From: Octopus sinensis
Lineage: Eukaryota
Length of the DNA stretch: 64,000 nt
Reading direction: 5' to 3'
Assembly (NCBI RefSeq): GCF_006345805.1
Contig: NC_043013.1
Location: 21,266,001-21,330,000 of the forward strand
A model generated the notes under the pieces. That model made no database searches. It was not told the origin of the DNA and was given only the letters and a program-made list of their open reading frames with translations. The translations under genes were made by a program, and so were the position numbers. Positions 23,697 through 37,160 of this stretch are shown here, piece after piece (the first letter of the stretch is position 1; each line of letters begins with the position of its first letter).

Positions 23697-25929
23697 TATA
23701 TCAAAGGATATTATATAGAACGTTGGGTTGTATGAATATGAAATATTTTTTCTGTGCCTAAATATTTTACATTTGTTACTGATAAAATCTTTTCAAATAT
23801 GTTTAGTCCAGTGACAAAATAGTAACGTTTGAGTTTATAACCCAATTTTTATGTTCCGTAAGTGAAAGATAATAGCGCTGCGTACCCAGTTCACGAAAGG
23901 GTTGATTTCACTTACGTTACCTTCGAGTAAAGCAACTTGCACTGTGGTTTCACTGGTGGGTGCCTGGTCAACTTTCACTCAGCACAATATTATAGAACAG
24001 CAATCACTATTCAAAATGCTCTATCCTCTCATAAGAGGAACTATCTAGAATCGCCCTCGGTAATCTGGAAGATGCTTAAATTATCATGATCACTGTCCCT
24101 CCTTCATTAACTTATAAGAATACGTCGGCAAATATCGAGTAATACATGAAGGTTCCTCGGAGAAATTGACTCGGGGATGTCTGTAGCTTGTAAAACAAGT
24201 AATAAACTTGATGGTAATATATTTGATATAGTAGGTTTTAAAAAAACTAATTAGAATTACACTCGTAAACAGAAGAACAAATTATTAATTTAATAAATGA
24301 GGGAGGGTTGGAATGCTGGCGAAGAATGGGTAACAAGGATCATTATTTGATACAGGCCGGCCCCCTTACAGTGTTAGGCGTAAAGGGCCAAAACAGTTAC
24401 ATGAGGAGAGTTTCTGTTCTGAAGACCTTCCGCTGTTCAGCTCTCCCTCCTCTTTTAGTACCTGCTTCGTAATTGCGATTCAGTTACATTATCTCCCTTT
24501 ATAGCAGTAAATCTTTACCACATAAAACATCAGGCACCGACACCACATCATTTTATCTAATTAAAATTAATTTAAACTCCGGGTTGTCTCCCTACGTTAA
24601 TTATTTCCTTCCTCATTACGGGTATAATGTTAAGGATCTCCCTTATAATTACTGTTGTAATATCAATTAAAATTAGTCGTCTTACGATTACAATAACGGG
24701 GCAGAATATATACAACTATCAAGATCAACTATTAAGGAGTAATGTGTTAGGTAGAGACCCCTGTATGTAATATACTATTTAGTTACTTAGTAATTATTTA
24801 CTATTCAGTAATTAGGGCAGTGATTTCCTCTTTTCAAAATCAAATCTCATTTGCTCAATTCCTAATTCCTATAACTTTGTTAAAATCGGAAAATGAGATT
24901 GATTGAGATTCCCAGTTACAAAAACTAATCTGTTTCTTTTATTCTGTTTCAGGTTTCTCTCATTAAGCTGCTGCCATGCTACTTTCAGAAGTATTTAGTG
25001 CATGGCATCGATTCTAATACAAATTCCAGTGTACTTTTAATTTTATTTATCTCTATTTTCCGAATGGCTAAGCCAGGTTTTCACGTTTACGGATATGTCC
25101 TGATGCTCTATATACGCTGCCAAATACACATCGAGAGAAACAGAAACACACATTTTTGCATGGCATGATTGCACAGTTTTTGTCAACTAAATTCCACTTA
25201 AAGCCATTGATCACACTGAAACAATAGAAAAAACACCGCACCATGGAATCGAACCCGAAAACAATAAAGTACATATAGAGATAAGTCCCTTGTTATGCAT
25301 CTATCTGTATGTCTATCCCTTTAAATCTGAATAAAAATTTTTTTAATTAAATTTAAACTTTAAATACAGTATAACACTGAAATTGCCAAACCTTTACATG
25401 CGAACTTTATGTGGACAATAACGTCGTTTTTTTTCAGGAGTGAATAATAGCAATAGAAATGCAGAGAGAAATATATTCCAAAGAAAGTATACAAAGTCAA
25501 AGAAAGAATGGTGAGAATAAACTGAAGCAGCCGACATCCGGTGAAGGGGTATAGCTTAACCACTTCAATAATGAACATCAACTTTATACTACTATATACA
25601 GAATTGTGCTTACTCTGAACATAGCAATGCTAACTTATAGGAATATTGCAGAAATCCTTATCAAAAATTTGCACGCACACATACAATATACACAAACACA
25701 TATACACGCACAAACACACACACACACAAACACAAACATATGCAAAGACACACACAACACACACATACTTAGTGAACAATGCAATTGTATATACGGGGTG
25801 TATACACAAGCATACAAAAATATTCATAGTCACTTTCATAATATACGCATACATAGCCATCGGCCGGATGAAACGGTAGGCGAAATTTGCAGTGCTAGCC
25901 AAACCGAATGTTACAATATAAATATACGA

Positions 25930-26092
25930 ATGCCTGGGTGGTAGGAAGTTTGTCTCCCAACCACAAGACTCCGGGTTCAGTCCCACTGCGTGGTATCTTG
26001 AACAAGCGCCTTCTACTATAGCCTCGGGCCGACCAAATGCGTGTCAGTGGTTTGGTAGACGGAAACTGAAAGAAGCCTGTCGGGTATATATT

Positions 26093-26146
<54 letters not shown>

Positions 26147-26345
26147 TTTTCTCCACCACTGTTTAACAGCTGCAGCTGGTGTGTTTACGTTCCCGTAACA
26201 TAGCCGTTCGGCAGAAAAGAACGATAGGATTAAGTACCAGTCTTCAAAAAATAAGTCCTGGAGTCGACTCATTCGATTAAAATTCTTCGACGCAATGCCC
26301 CAGCATGGCTGCAGTCTAATGACTGGAACGACTAAAAGATAAAAG
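25930..26345 (+). mobile_element. S-OK SINE, near full length
   Basis: gtggtaggaagtttgtctcccaaccac..gggttcagtcccactgcgtgg head; cagcatggctgcagtctaatgactgg..taaaagataaaagat tail. Confidence 0.88.
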
Positions 26346-26799
26346 ATACATGAATATAAATATTGTGTGTGTGTAACTCAATATGTTGATTACGGGTGTG
26401 CGTGTGTATGCGATGTGTGCGTGTGTATGCGATGTGTGCGTGTGTATGCAGTGTATTTGTACGCATTAAAGAGGTCAATATACGGAGTAGAACAAAGAAA
26501 AGAAAATCAATGAACTCTGAATATAAATGGTCTTATAATAAGATAATAATGAGAACAATCAGATTCCAATCAAAACCAGCGAAGGCAGGAAAAAAACGAA
26601 AGAAAGAATGGAAAAACAAAACGACTGAGAAAAAGAGAGATGGGGAGGGTAGAGAATATGAGCAATCAGAAAGACACTCGAGATATGAAAGGGCAGTGTC
26701 TTACAAAGGAAATACTATTTTGTTTTTCAAGTCAATGCTATTAAGAAATATAAAAATGAAGTTTCATAATTTGTTAGAGAATGTCTGAGACAATAGGTC

Positions 26800-27230
26800 A
26801 AAATAATTGTATTGCTGATATTCTTATGTTAACGGCTTGGAATTATGATGTAGAATAGGTCGGTTGCCTGCTGGGTGAAATGGAGAAGACGTGAGAGGAA
26901 TGATAGTAAATATGTATTTTTCAAATGAAAAGAGATAAACTGAGACTTGAGATTTTGAGAAAAAAAATATCATTGAACTAATTGTTAGAAAGTGAATATT
27001 CCTAATCAGGGAATGAAAAAAAATATTTGATAAAAGAAAGAACAGATGTGGATAAATAAAGCGTTAAAATATATCAAAAACGAACTCAGAATGCAGCCAT
27101 TTTTTAACAATATAGTTAAATAAAAAGAGTTCTTGGAAAAGAGAGCGTGGGTGAGTGAGAAAGGTGAGAGAACTTTGGTGGCATTATGAGTATGTTGACC
27201 TATAAAAAGGCGGTAAAGGAACTTACAATT
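26800..27230 (+). mobile_element. Possible decayed L1/Tx1-like ORF2 C-terminus
   Basis: Interrupted frame ..WINKALKYIKNELRMQPFF..KEFLEKRAWVSEKGERTL; the resemblance is weak. Confidence 0.3.
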
Positions 27231-27289
27231 TCCAAAAGATATTCCTCTATAGCATAGAAGCTAATTCACTGGTTATTATCATTGTCATC

Positions 27290-27290
<1 letters not shown>

Positions 27291-27327
<37 letters not shown>

Positions 27328-27621
27328 CTTTTTTTTTCTTCTTTCAAATTTGCTTCCATTTCTTGCCGAGGTCTTCCCGACTCCTAGGGCAAAGAAACTC
27401 ATAGTATACATTGGTAGGCATTGGTAGGCATAGTATACATTGGTAGGCCATTAAACTAAACTCACTAGTTCGTTCATTTTGTTCGTTCTCACATCGACAA
27501 TGTTCTTCTCAATACGTGTGATGTACCAGTTAAGACAATCTTTTGCACTTCTTGCAGGGATGGTAAGCCAGGGATCATTCTCATATAATTTTCGGTTCCC
27601 TTCTTGATTATTCCTAGTGCT
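27291..27621 (-). mobile_element. R4/Dong-like LINE 3' fragment with (AAT)n tail
   Basis: Minus frame IKKGTENYMRMIPGLPSLQEVQKIVLTGTSHVLRRTLSM; 3' UTR matches 51207-51400. Confidence 0.82.
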
Positions 27622-27810
27622 CACACACACACACACACATACGCATATAAATATATACCCGACAGGCTTCTTACAGTTTCCGTCTACCAAACCACTGACA
27701 CGCATTTGGTCGACCCGAGGCTGTAGTAGAAGGCGCTTGTCCAAGATACCACGCAGTGGGACTGAACTCGGAGTCTTGTGGTTGGGAGGCAAACTTCCTA
27801 CCACCCAGGC
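27622..27810 (-). mobile_element. S-OK SINE 5' half
   Basis: Reverse complement of the head and of gtagacggaaactgtaagaagcctgtcg. Confidence 0.8.
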
Positions 27811-27834
27811 ATTCATTATTATTATTATTATTAA

Positions 27835-27886
<52 letters not shown>

Positions 27887-27909
27887 TTTCATTATTATTA
27901 TTATTATTA

Positions 27910-27954
<45 letters not shown>

Positions 27955-27957
<3 letters not shown>

Positions 27958-28839
27958 GGCAGCGGACTGGTAGGTTCGTTAGCTGGGGAAAAGCTTTAGC
28001 AACATTTCTTCTGACTGTACATTCTCAGTTCAAATGTCATCGAGGTCGACTTTACCTTTCATACCTTTCAGGGTTGATAAAATAAGTATTAGTTGGTTAC
28101 TGAGGTCGACTTGACCCTTTCCCCAAATTGTAGGTTTTGCGCCTATGATAGAAATGGTTAATATTATCCTTATGAGCTAAAGCGGCGAGCCGAAAGAATC
28201 GTTAGCACACCGGGCAAAATGCTTAGCGGTATTTCGTCCGCCTTTGCATTCCGCTGAGGTCGACTTTGCCTTTCATTCTATTGGAGTTGATAAAATAAGT
28301 GAGTACCAGTTGAACACTGGAGTCGATGTAATCGACTTACTACTTTCCTGAAATTGCTACCGTTATGCCAAAACTTGAAATCATTATTATGATTATGACC
28401 ACCTTCAGTAAAGGTGGAGACTTAGCAGAATTGTTAGAGTTGTTACGCGGAGAGCTGGCAGACACGTTAGCACGCCGGGCAAAATGCTTAGCGGTATTTC
28501 GTCAGCCGTTACGTTCTGGGTTCAAATTCCGCCGAGGTCGACTTTGCCTTTCATCCTTTAGGGGTCGATTAAATAAGTACCAGTTACGCACTGGGATCGA
28601 TATAATCGACTTAATCCGTTTGTCTGTCCTTGTTTGTCCTCTCTGTGTTTAGCCCCTTGTGGGTAGTAAAGAAATAGGTATTTCGTCTGTCTTTACGTTC
28701 TGAGTTTAAATTCCTCCGAGGTCGACTCTGCCTTTTATCCTTTCGGGGTCGATAAATTAAGTACCAGTTGCGCACTGGGGTCGATCTAATCGACTGGCCC
28801 TTCCCCAAAAGTTTCGGACGTTGTGCCTAGAGGAGAAAA

Positions 28840-28890
<51 letters not shown>

Positions 28891-29370
28891 TAAGGCAGTG
28901 AGCTAGTAGAATCGTTAGCACGCCGGGCAAAATAATTAGCAGTATTTCGACCGTCTGAGTTCCAATTCCACTGAGGTTGATTTTGTCTTTCATCCTTTCA
29001 GAGTCAATAAATTAAGTAGCAGTGAAACACTGGGGTCGATGTGATCGACTATTTCCCTCCCTAAAAAATTTCAGGCCTTGTGCCTTCAGTAGAAAGGATT
29101 GTTATTATTATTACTATTATCATTACCATTATTATTGTAAGGCGGAGAACTGGGAGAATCGTTAGCATGCCGGGGAAAATGCTTAGCGGCATTTCGTCCG
29201 CCTTTACTTTCTGAGTTCAAATTCCGCCAAGGTTGACTTTACCTATCATCCTTTCGGGATCGATAAAATAAGAACCAGTTGAGTATTGGGGTTGATGTAA
29301 TCGACTATCCCTCTCCCCAAAATTCCAGGCCTTGTTTCTTTAGTAGAAAGGATTATTATTATTATTATTG
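27955..29370 (+). mobile_element. Cluster of at least 5 co-oriented S-B SINEs, one hosting an S-A insertion (junction 28677)
   Basis: Heads near 27957, 28180, 28430, 28893 and 29140, mostly starting directly after ATT-rich tails. Confidence 0.85.
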
Positions 29371-29371
29371 A

Positions 29372-29715
29372 GTGAGAGAGCAGTTCATGCCATCAAAGTG
29401 ACACTGGGGTAAAATATACGAAGCCCAATATACCCATCATGACTACCCGTCTGATAAGGTTACACCAGGCACATGCATCACAACCATATGTGCGCGATAT
29501 GGTGATTTCATATGAAGATAAACAGCACATGACCTTGCAGGTGGGGCCCAGTTAGAATTTTCTTCTGGTCGAGTAACCCATCCCACTCAAAAGGTCCTTG
29601 AATAAGGGTTATTTAAGAATGTTAAATGAAACACCCATGTTTCCAGAGGTGAATTATTTAAACCCCAAATAATCCCTCTCAACACATGGCTATGATGCTC
29701 CCCCACTACTTCTTA
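29372..29715. repeat. Unclassified higher-GC segment between (ATT)n runs, probable dispersed repeat
   Basis: Sharp compositional edges at microsatellites; no ORF; single copy in the window. Confidence 0.35.
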
Positions 29716-29724
29716 TTATTATTA

Positions 29725-29756
<32 letters not shown>

Positions 29757-29949
29757 GTTGTTGTTGTTGTTGTAGACAGATCGTGTTTTTTCCACCCATA
29801 GAACTAAAATTCCTTTGATATTTCCACTTAACTCCTGCTCTAACTACATTCGCAAACTTGTTTTATTTCCTCTATCGCCATTAGTAGATGTTTCTCTTTA
29901 TATGTTTTACGCTGTACTTCCTATTTATTTCAGTAAAATTCCCCCTTTA

Positions 29950-30620
29950 TATTTCAAAAGAACTTTTTTTTTCTTTCCAAAACATTAATTTTTGTTCTCT
30001 CCATCTCTATATTTCTTAACATCCTGCTTTTCTACCACTGTTCATTCCATTTGATTTTCTTCCTTGTATCCTTCAGCTCAATCTTATTTGCTACATATGT
30101 AGTCGCAGCTCTTAACAAATTGTGTTTCTCTTTCAACGTCTGTGATAATATAATTGATGACTCCATTAATCTCCTTCGTAATTTCATTCAGTCTATATCT
30201 TCCAGCATTTTCCAAACATTTATACGCACCAAAGCCAATGTTTCAGCTATCTGTATCACTATTATTTAATCATCCTCACTTAACTCATTATCATTTTTCC
30301 TTAATACATCGTCTCTATCCTCGGTTACTTCCATCTCATCATCATCATCATCACTGTCTTGTTCTACATTGCCGTCGGAATACCTCGACTTCCTAACCAA
30401 AGGCCACCCTTTGCTTTATCCTTCGTGTTCTAATTCAGTCAACCAATTCATTTTTCTGACAAATTCTTTGTTCCTTTACATCAAATAAGACCCTTTTACT
30501 CAACTCGCGATACAGGATTTCAACATTTCACAACAACTGCATTATCACCTAAGTCCTTTGAAATAGCCGGACTACATCGGGTTGCGTCTCATAAGCATTA
30601 AACTAACTACACCTAATGAT
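29950..30620 (-). mobile_element. R4/Dong-like LINE, decayed N-terminal ORF region
   Basis: Frameshifted pieces ..KGLFDVKEQRIC, VRKMNWLTELE, HNLLRAATTYVANKIELKDTRKKIKWNEQW resemble R4-clade N-termini. Confidence 0.6.
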
Positions 30621-30829
30621 GGACCTCCATTTAGAATTCCAGTTCCACTCACTTCATTATTTGTATCAAATTTACTAGACTTGCTTTATTATAAACATAA
30701 GAAGCTACTGGATTGAGGATTGCACAGCTATCAGTATTTTTATGAAACTTCAGCCCTCTAAACGTTCAAACAATACAAGAGAACACATCCCACACATGAA
30801 ACGTGGTTAACTTAATGTATTGCCACCAT

Positions 30830-31051
30830 TGCAGAGGCGGCGAGCTGGCCAGATGCTTAGCAGCTTATCGTCCGCCATTACGTTCTGAATTCAATTCCGC
30901 CATGGTTGACTTTACCTTTCATCCTTTCGGGGTCGATAAAATAAGTACCAGTTCAATTGACTAGCCCCCTCCCTTAAGTTGCTGGTCTTGTGCCAAAATT
31001 TGAAACCATTGCTATTGCTAGTACTGCTACTACTACTACTACTACTACTAC

Positions 31052-31109
<58 letters not shown>

Positions 31110-31450
31110 GACGGCGGTAAAAATTATCAGCGGCATTTCATCCGTCTTTACATTCTGACTTTGCCTTTCATCCTCTCGGGGTCGATAAGATAAGTACCAG
31201 TTCAGCGCTGGGGTCGATGTAATCGATTATCTCCCTCCACCGAAATTGTTGGTCTGGTGCCGAAATTAGAAGCCATCACAACTACTACTTTTCCTACTAA
31301 GGTGACGAGCTTGCCGGATCGTTAGCACGTCAGACACAAAATAACATTTCTTCCGGCCGTTAGTCATCAAAATAAGTACCAGATGAGCACTGGGGTCGAT
31401 GTAATCGACTAACCCCTGTCCACGATATTTCAGGCTTAATGTTTATAGGA
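30830..31450 (+). mobile_element. Cluster of about 3 S-B SINE copies separated by (ACT)/(AAT) repeats
   Basis: Repeated ggcggcgagctgg heads and ggggtcgataaaataagtaccag bodies. Confidence 0.8.
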
Positions 31451-31682
31451 GACCAAAATTATTGTTATTACTATTGATATCTATGTGTTAGAACAATAGT
31501 ACGTTACTAAGTTTTGTTAAGGGAAATAAATGAAATAGAAAAAAATAAACAGTTGGTAGATATAGAGTGGAGGCGGAGTTGTAGATAATAGTGAATGAAG
31601 AAAGGTAGAGAAAGAGAAAGAAAGCAAAGTAAGAATGATACATATATATATATAGATAGATACCCACATACGCGCACACACA

Positions 31683-31730
<48 letters not shown>

Positions 31731-31795
31731 GAATAAAAGCTAGAGAAAATAAGTCGTGTTATTGCGAATCGGTGCTGATGGCGGTGATAATGTTT

Positions 31796-33119
31796 GGCAG
31801 AAATGTTAGCACGCCGGGCGAAATGCTTTCTGGCATTTCATCTGCCGTTACGTTCTGAGTTCAAATTCCGCCGAGGTCGACTTTGCCTTTCATCCTTTCG
31901 GGGTCGATAAATAAAGTACCAGTTACGCACTGGAGTCGATATAATCGACTTAATCCGTTTGTCTGTCCTTGTTTGTCTCCTCTGTGTTTAGCCCCTTGTG
32001 GGTAGTAAAGAAATAGGTATTTCATCTGCCGTTACGTCCTGAGTTCAAATTCCGCCGAGGTCGACTCTGCCTTTCATCCTTTCGGGGTCGATAAAGAAAG
32101 TACCAGTTACGCACTGGAGTCGATATAATCGACTTAATCCCTTTGTCTGTCCTTGTTTGTCTCCTCTGTGTTTAGCCCCTTGTGGGTAGTAAAGAAATAG
32201 GTATTTCATCTGCCGTTATGTTCTGAGTTCAAATTCCGCCGAGGTCGACTTTGCCTTTCATCCTTTCGGGGTCGATAAATAAAGTACCAGTTACGCACTG
32301 GAGTCGATATAATCGACTTAATCCCTTTGTCTGTCCTTGTTTGTCTCCTCTGTGTTTAGCCCCTTGTGGGTAGTAAAGAAATAGGTATTTCATCTGCCGT
32401 TACGTTCTGAGTTCAAATTCCGCCGAGGTCGACTTTGCCTTTCATCCTTTCGGGGTCGATAAATAAAGTACCAGTTACGCACTGGAGTCGATATAATCGA
32501 CTTAATCCGTTTGTCTGTCCTTGTTTGTCTCCTCTGTGTTTAGCCCCTTGTGGGTAGTAAAGAAATAGGTATTTCATCTGCCGTTACGTCCTGAGTTCAA
32601 ATTCCGCCGAGGTCGACTCTGCCTTTCATCCTTTCGGGGTCGATAAAGAAAGTACCAGTTACGCACTGGAGTCGATATAATCGACTTAATCCCTTTGTCT
32701 GTCCTTGTTTGTCTCCTCTGTGTTTAGCCCCTTGTGGGTAGTAAAGAAATAGGTATTTCATCTGCCGTTATGTTCTGAGTTCAAATTGCGCCGAGGTCGA
32801 CTTTACCTTTCATCCTTTCGGGATCGATAAATTAAGTACCAGTTATGCACTGGAGTCGATATAATCGACTTAATCCGTTTGTCTGTCCTTGTTTGTCTCC
32901 TCTGTGTTTAGCCCCTTGTGGGTAGTAAAGAAATAGGTATTTCATCTGCCGTTACGTTCTGAGTTCAAATTCCGCCGAGGTCGACTTTACCTTTCATCCT
33001 TTCGGGGTCGATAAATTAAGTACCAGTTATGCACTGGAGCCGATATAATCGACTTAATCCGTTTGTCTGTCCTTGTTTGTCTCCTCTGTGTTTAGCCCCT
33101 TGTGGGTAGTAAAGAAAGA
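31796..33119 (+). mobile_element. S-A SINE array: truncated head + 7 x 184-bp units, flanked by one 13-bp TSD
   Basis: Junctions at 32016, 32200, 32384, 32568, 32752, 32936. TSD ggtgataatgttt at 31783-31795 and 33120-33132. Confidence 0.95.
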
Positions 33120-33388
33120 GGTGATAATGTTTATACTGATAAATCAAAGAGTAGGAGTGAAGACGGATGGATAAAGTTAGCAGCGAGTCGTAACGAGAAT
33201 AGAATTGAGGGAGAGAGAGGGAGAGAGAGAGAAATTCTAAGTATGAGGCCGAATAAGAGTTTAACCAAGCAAAGAAAAGAGTAAAAAGTTGAAAGGGTGA
33301 AAGAGATAGAGAGGAGAAAGGAAGAAATCGAAACGTAATAAAGTTGCGACGTTACTGAGTTTCTCGTTATTTCATTCCCTCATTTACT

Positions 33389-33422
<34 letters not shown>

Positions 33423-33680
33423 CTTAAAGTATTTTTGGAGACTATAAAAATAGTCTATAAAATAATGGTTAGATGAAAGGTGATTCCTAACGTATTCAGC
33501 GTGTATATATTTGCGTGTGTGTGGATGTGTGTGTGTGTATGTAAATATATGTCTTTGTATCTAAATATATATTCGATAGTTCTCTATTAACTTTCAACCA
33601 TTTTCCTCAGTGCAAAACAATCACGGAATTACACGGTTACTCCACTGCTAATTATCATCATTATTGTCATTGTTATTCTT

Positions 33681-34078
33681 TACTACTCTAGGCACAAAGG
33701 CCCGAAATTTTGGGGAAGGAGGCGAGTCGATTAGATCGACCGCAGTACGCAACTGGTACTTAATTTATCAACTCCGAAAGGATGAAAGGTAAAGTCGACC
33801 TCGGCGGAATTTGAACTCAGAACGCAAACTTTTCTACTTTAGGCACAAGGCCCGAAATTTTGGGGAAGGAGGCGAGTCGATTAGATCGACCCCAGTACGC
33901 AACTGGTACTTAATTTATCAACTCCGAAAGGATGAAAGGTAAAGTCGACCTCGGCGGAATTTGAACTCAGAACGCAAACTTTTCTACTCTAGGCACAAGG
34001 CCCGAATATTGGGAGAGGGGGCCAGTCGATTAGATCAACCCCAGTACGCAACTGGTACTTAATTCATCAACACCGAAA
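33681..34078 (-). mobile_element. S-B SINE tandem, 150-bp period, about 2.7 units
   Basis: Unit boundaries at 33830 and 33980; minus junction tagaaaa|gtttgcgttctgag. Confidence 0.9.
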
Positions 34079-34559
34079 TTATTATTTTCTTGTTTTGGAT
34101 TGCACATCTAATTTATTCAAAATTTTCGATTTTCTATAATTATTCTACTATAATTTTCTCTCAATAATTAAGGTAAAAAGAATTATGATACCCAATGAGA
34201 TCGATAGTTTCGAAACAATATCTTTCTCAAATACTTACTATAAACAGAGCCATTTTAAACTTTCAAATACCATTTTTATTACCCATTTATACAAGACGTT
34301 GTCTGCTACCAATATCATTTTTCCATGTGCTTATAAACAACTATAAAAGATTTTAATCTCCTTCCTGTGTTGTCTATAGGAGAACTAACACCCGCCCACT
34401 TGGATACTTATATGAACTGTTTTCCTGTCATTTCCCAAACAGTATAAGCCAAAGAATTTCTCGTTTAACAGTTTATTAATGAGCAATAAATCTCTTACAC
34501 ATGTTCATCCATGTCGCTGTTATTCGACTTACACATATCACGCAAACACCAAGTAAATA

Positions 34560-35090
34560 TTGTTTTTTCAATATGGAGGAAATATGAGTCCATCAGCAAC
34601 TTTTGACTGGCTGCAAAACTCTGTTAACTGATTTTGACGTATCGAAATCAGAAGTTAATTTCAAAGTCTACAGTAAAACATACGTATAAAAATGGAAGAC
34701 CTTGTCTACATATCTACAACTTTAGAAATAAAGAATACCAAGAGGACACTCCAATAAAATCACCAATTTGGTATGCAATAGGTCAGATAAATATATATGG
34801 AACACAGAATAAACTTGGTGCTACCCAACAGAGATGAATATCTCTTGAAAATTTGCAGAAAGACAGTACATCTATGAGAAATCTACAGTTCTAATATCGC
34901 AGATATAAATGCTCATTTGTTCCCCTAATTATAGGTGATACGTAACACCTGTTTTGCAAAAAAAATCTAGAAATGCTTGGCTTCTCTTAAAAGGAGAAAG
35001 GAGCGAACTAATTCGCTTTCTCCAGGTACAAGGGATTAGAAGAATGGTGAAAGTCTGTAAAACACTTCAGGGATTATCAATTTGAGATCC
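34560..35090 (+). mobile_element. Heavily decayed 3' end of a restriction-like-endonuclease LINE (R4/NeSL-like)
   Basis: Fragments LLTGCKTL, IIGDT, KKNLEMLGF, QVQGIRRMVKVCKTL in the expected order. Confidence 0.4.
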
Positions 35091-35237
35091 TGAATGAAAG
35101 TATGCCCACACTCACATACACATATGGAATACACTAGAAGTAAGGAAATAGACATTCTATCGTGACACGCACACCTTCGAATGTAGGGTTATCCACAAGC
35201 ACACATATATGCATGTACTATATTCATATGTATGCGT

Positions 35238-35534
35238 GAGTGGTTCTCAACCATGTTTTACCTTTGGGCCCCTTGGATTATTAGTTTTCCTCTCGTGGAT
35301 CCCAACAGCCATTCGATGTTTAAGAAAATAGTTTTATAAATACTTCTTTCAAAATTCTTATTTTCTTTTTCAAAAATTAACTTGTTTGGGTTGAACTACG
35401 TAAAAGGGTGGAGAAAGAAATCTAGCTGTTTCTAGCAATATATACATCTAAAAAATGTTTATGGACCTTAATATACTACTGTGAACCCCTAATTTACTAT
35501 TTTTCTTGCATAGAAGCCCAGTTGAGAACCACTG
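35238..35534. mobile_element. hAT-type MITE
   Basis: TIR [c>g]agtggttctcaac / gttgagaaccactg; possible aged 8-bp TSD gtatgcgt / gcatacat. Confidence 0.8.
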
Positions 35535-35719
35535 GCATACATCAACCAATTTAAGTAACCACAAACCTCAAGAGCCATCGTAACTTAAAGAAGGATTGCC
35601 ACTTTATTAGTGATCGGCACGAATTCTGAAACAAGCATATACACACATACGCACATATTATGCATACATACATACATGGATACATGAATACATACATACA
35701 TACATACATACATACAAAT

Positions 35720-35750
<31 letters not shown>

Positions 35751-35910
35751 CATACATACATACATGCATAGACACAGTGTCCTTTTATCATGTGATACAC
35801 TGTTTGTACTTCAACTATTTTATTGTCACTAGCTTTCTATCAGAAATTTCCTCTTTTTCGCATTCTTACGATATGTTTCAATATGTGAATACCGATGCAC
35901 ATTGTGATTC

Positions 35911-35945
<35 letters not shown>

Positions 35946-36744
35946 TATATTCATATAACAGACATGTATGTGTGTGTGTGTCAGATTGAAAAACAATATT
36001 AATATGAAATAATGTAAAATATAGGCTTGCTGATAGAAGGAAAATACGATTGTGGAAAGTTAACGAGAATAAAATGCTGGAAAGCCATAAACATTGTATG
36101 AAATGATAAAGGGAGTCTTTCAACAAAACGAATCGTTCTTTCTTCCGGAAATTATAGCAAAAGGACTTACTCATGCAACCATTATATTTATAGTTGTTGT
36201 AGTTATTGTTGTTGCAGTTGTTATAGCATGTTTACTTTTGATGTTATTGTTTCGTTTTTCTTTTTCTCTTTTTTTTTCTATCGTGGTTTTGTTCCCTGTT
36301 TCTGCAAGGTACCTTCATAATATGGTTGCTATTGTTGGTAGTTTTACTGTTGCAAAGCATCTTGTTGATTTTGTGATAATCCACATTGCAATCATAAATG
36401 ATACCGCAGCCTTGTCAACCGATATCAGCCATTAGCTTAGAATACAAATATATGTATTCTTTCAGTAGAAACATTGACGTTAAGCAGTGCTCACCAAGCC
36501 ACACCGAAGAAAGATCTAATCTCGAACAAGGACGAAACCTTACTTCTCTCCTCCACCTTTGAGTCAACATCCTCTTCAGTCTCTGTTGCTGGCTTAGTTT
36601 GAGGTCGCTTTTTTAATCGATTTTCTCACATTTACGTAATGTCATTTATTTATTGGAGAGGAAAATAAACGAGTCATCGACGTCACTTATGGGCCCAGAA
36701 AGAATAAAATAAAAAAGGTGATTGAGATAAAATTTGAATTCAGA

Positions 36745-37160
36745 GGCAGAACAAAATATTGGTTTCAAATTTTGGCACAAGTCCAGCAATTTGGGGAGAT
36801 GAGGTAAGTCGATTACATCGACCCCAGTGCTCAACCATTACTTATTTCATCGACCCCGAAAGGATAAAAGACAAAGTCAATCTCGGCAGAATTTGAACTC
36901 AGAACGTAAAGTCAAAATATCGCAAAGCATTTTGCCAGGCACGCTAACGATTCAACCAGCTCGCCCCTTTCTGGCGGAAGTAAATGTTGATTTCAAATTT
37001 TGGCACAAAGCCAGCAATTCTGAGGAGGGGATGAAGTCGATGACGTTGACCCTGGTATTCAACTGATACTTATTTTATCGACCCCGGAAAGGATGAAAGG
37101 CAAACTCGACCTCAGCGGAATTTGAACTTAGTACATAAAACGATCCTGCTAGCTCGCCAT
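36745..37160 (-). mobile_element. Two S-B SINE copies
   Basis: Reverse-complement bodies (cgaccccgaaaggat.aaag.caaa.tc) and heads (gctaacga..ccagctcgcc). Confidence 0.8.

Noticed and set aside
24180-24780. Possible solo LTR
   Set aside because: No clear TG...CA ends with a TSD and no second copy in the window.
31796-33119. CRISPR-like regular array
   Set aside because: The units are contiguous 184-bp SINE bodies with no unique spacers, there are no cas genes, and the context is eukaryotic.
36300-36640. Protein-like minus-strand stretches (KKRPQTKPATETEEDVDSK; GCGIIYDC)
   Set aside because: No convincing acceptor/donor pair, in-frame stops nearby, and no recognisable family.
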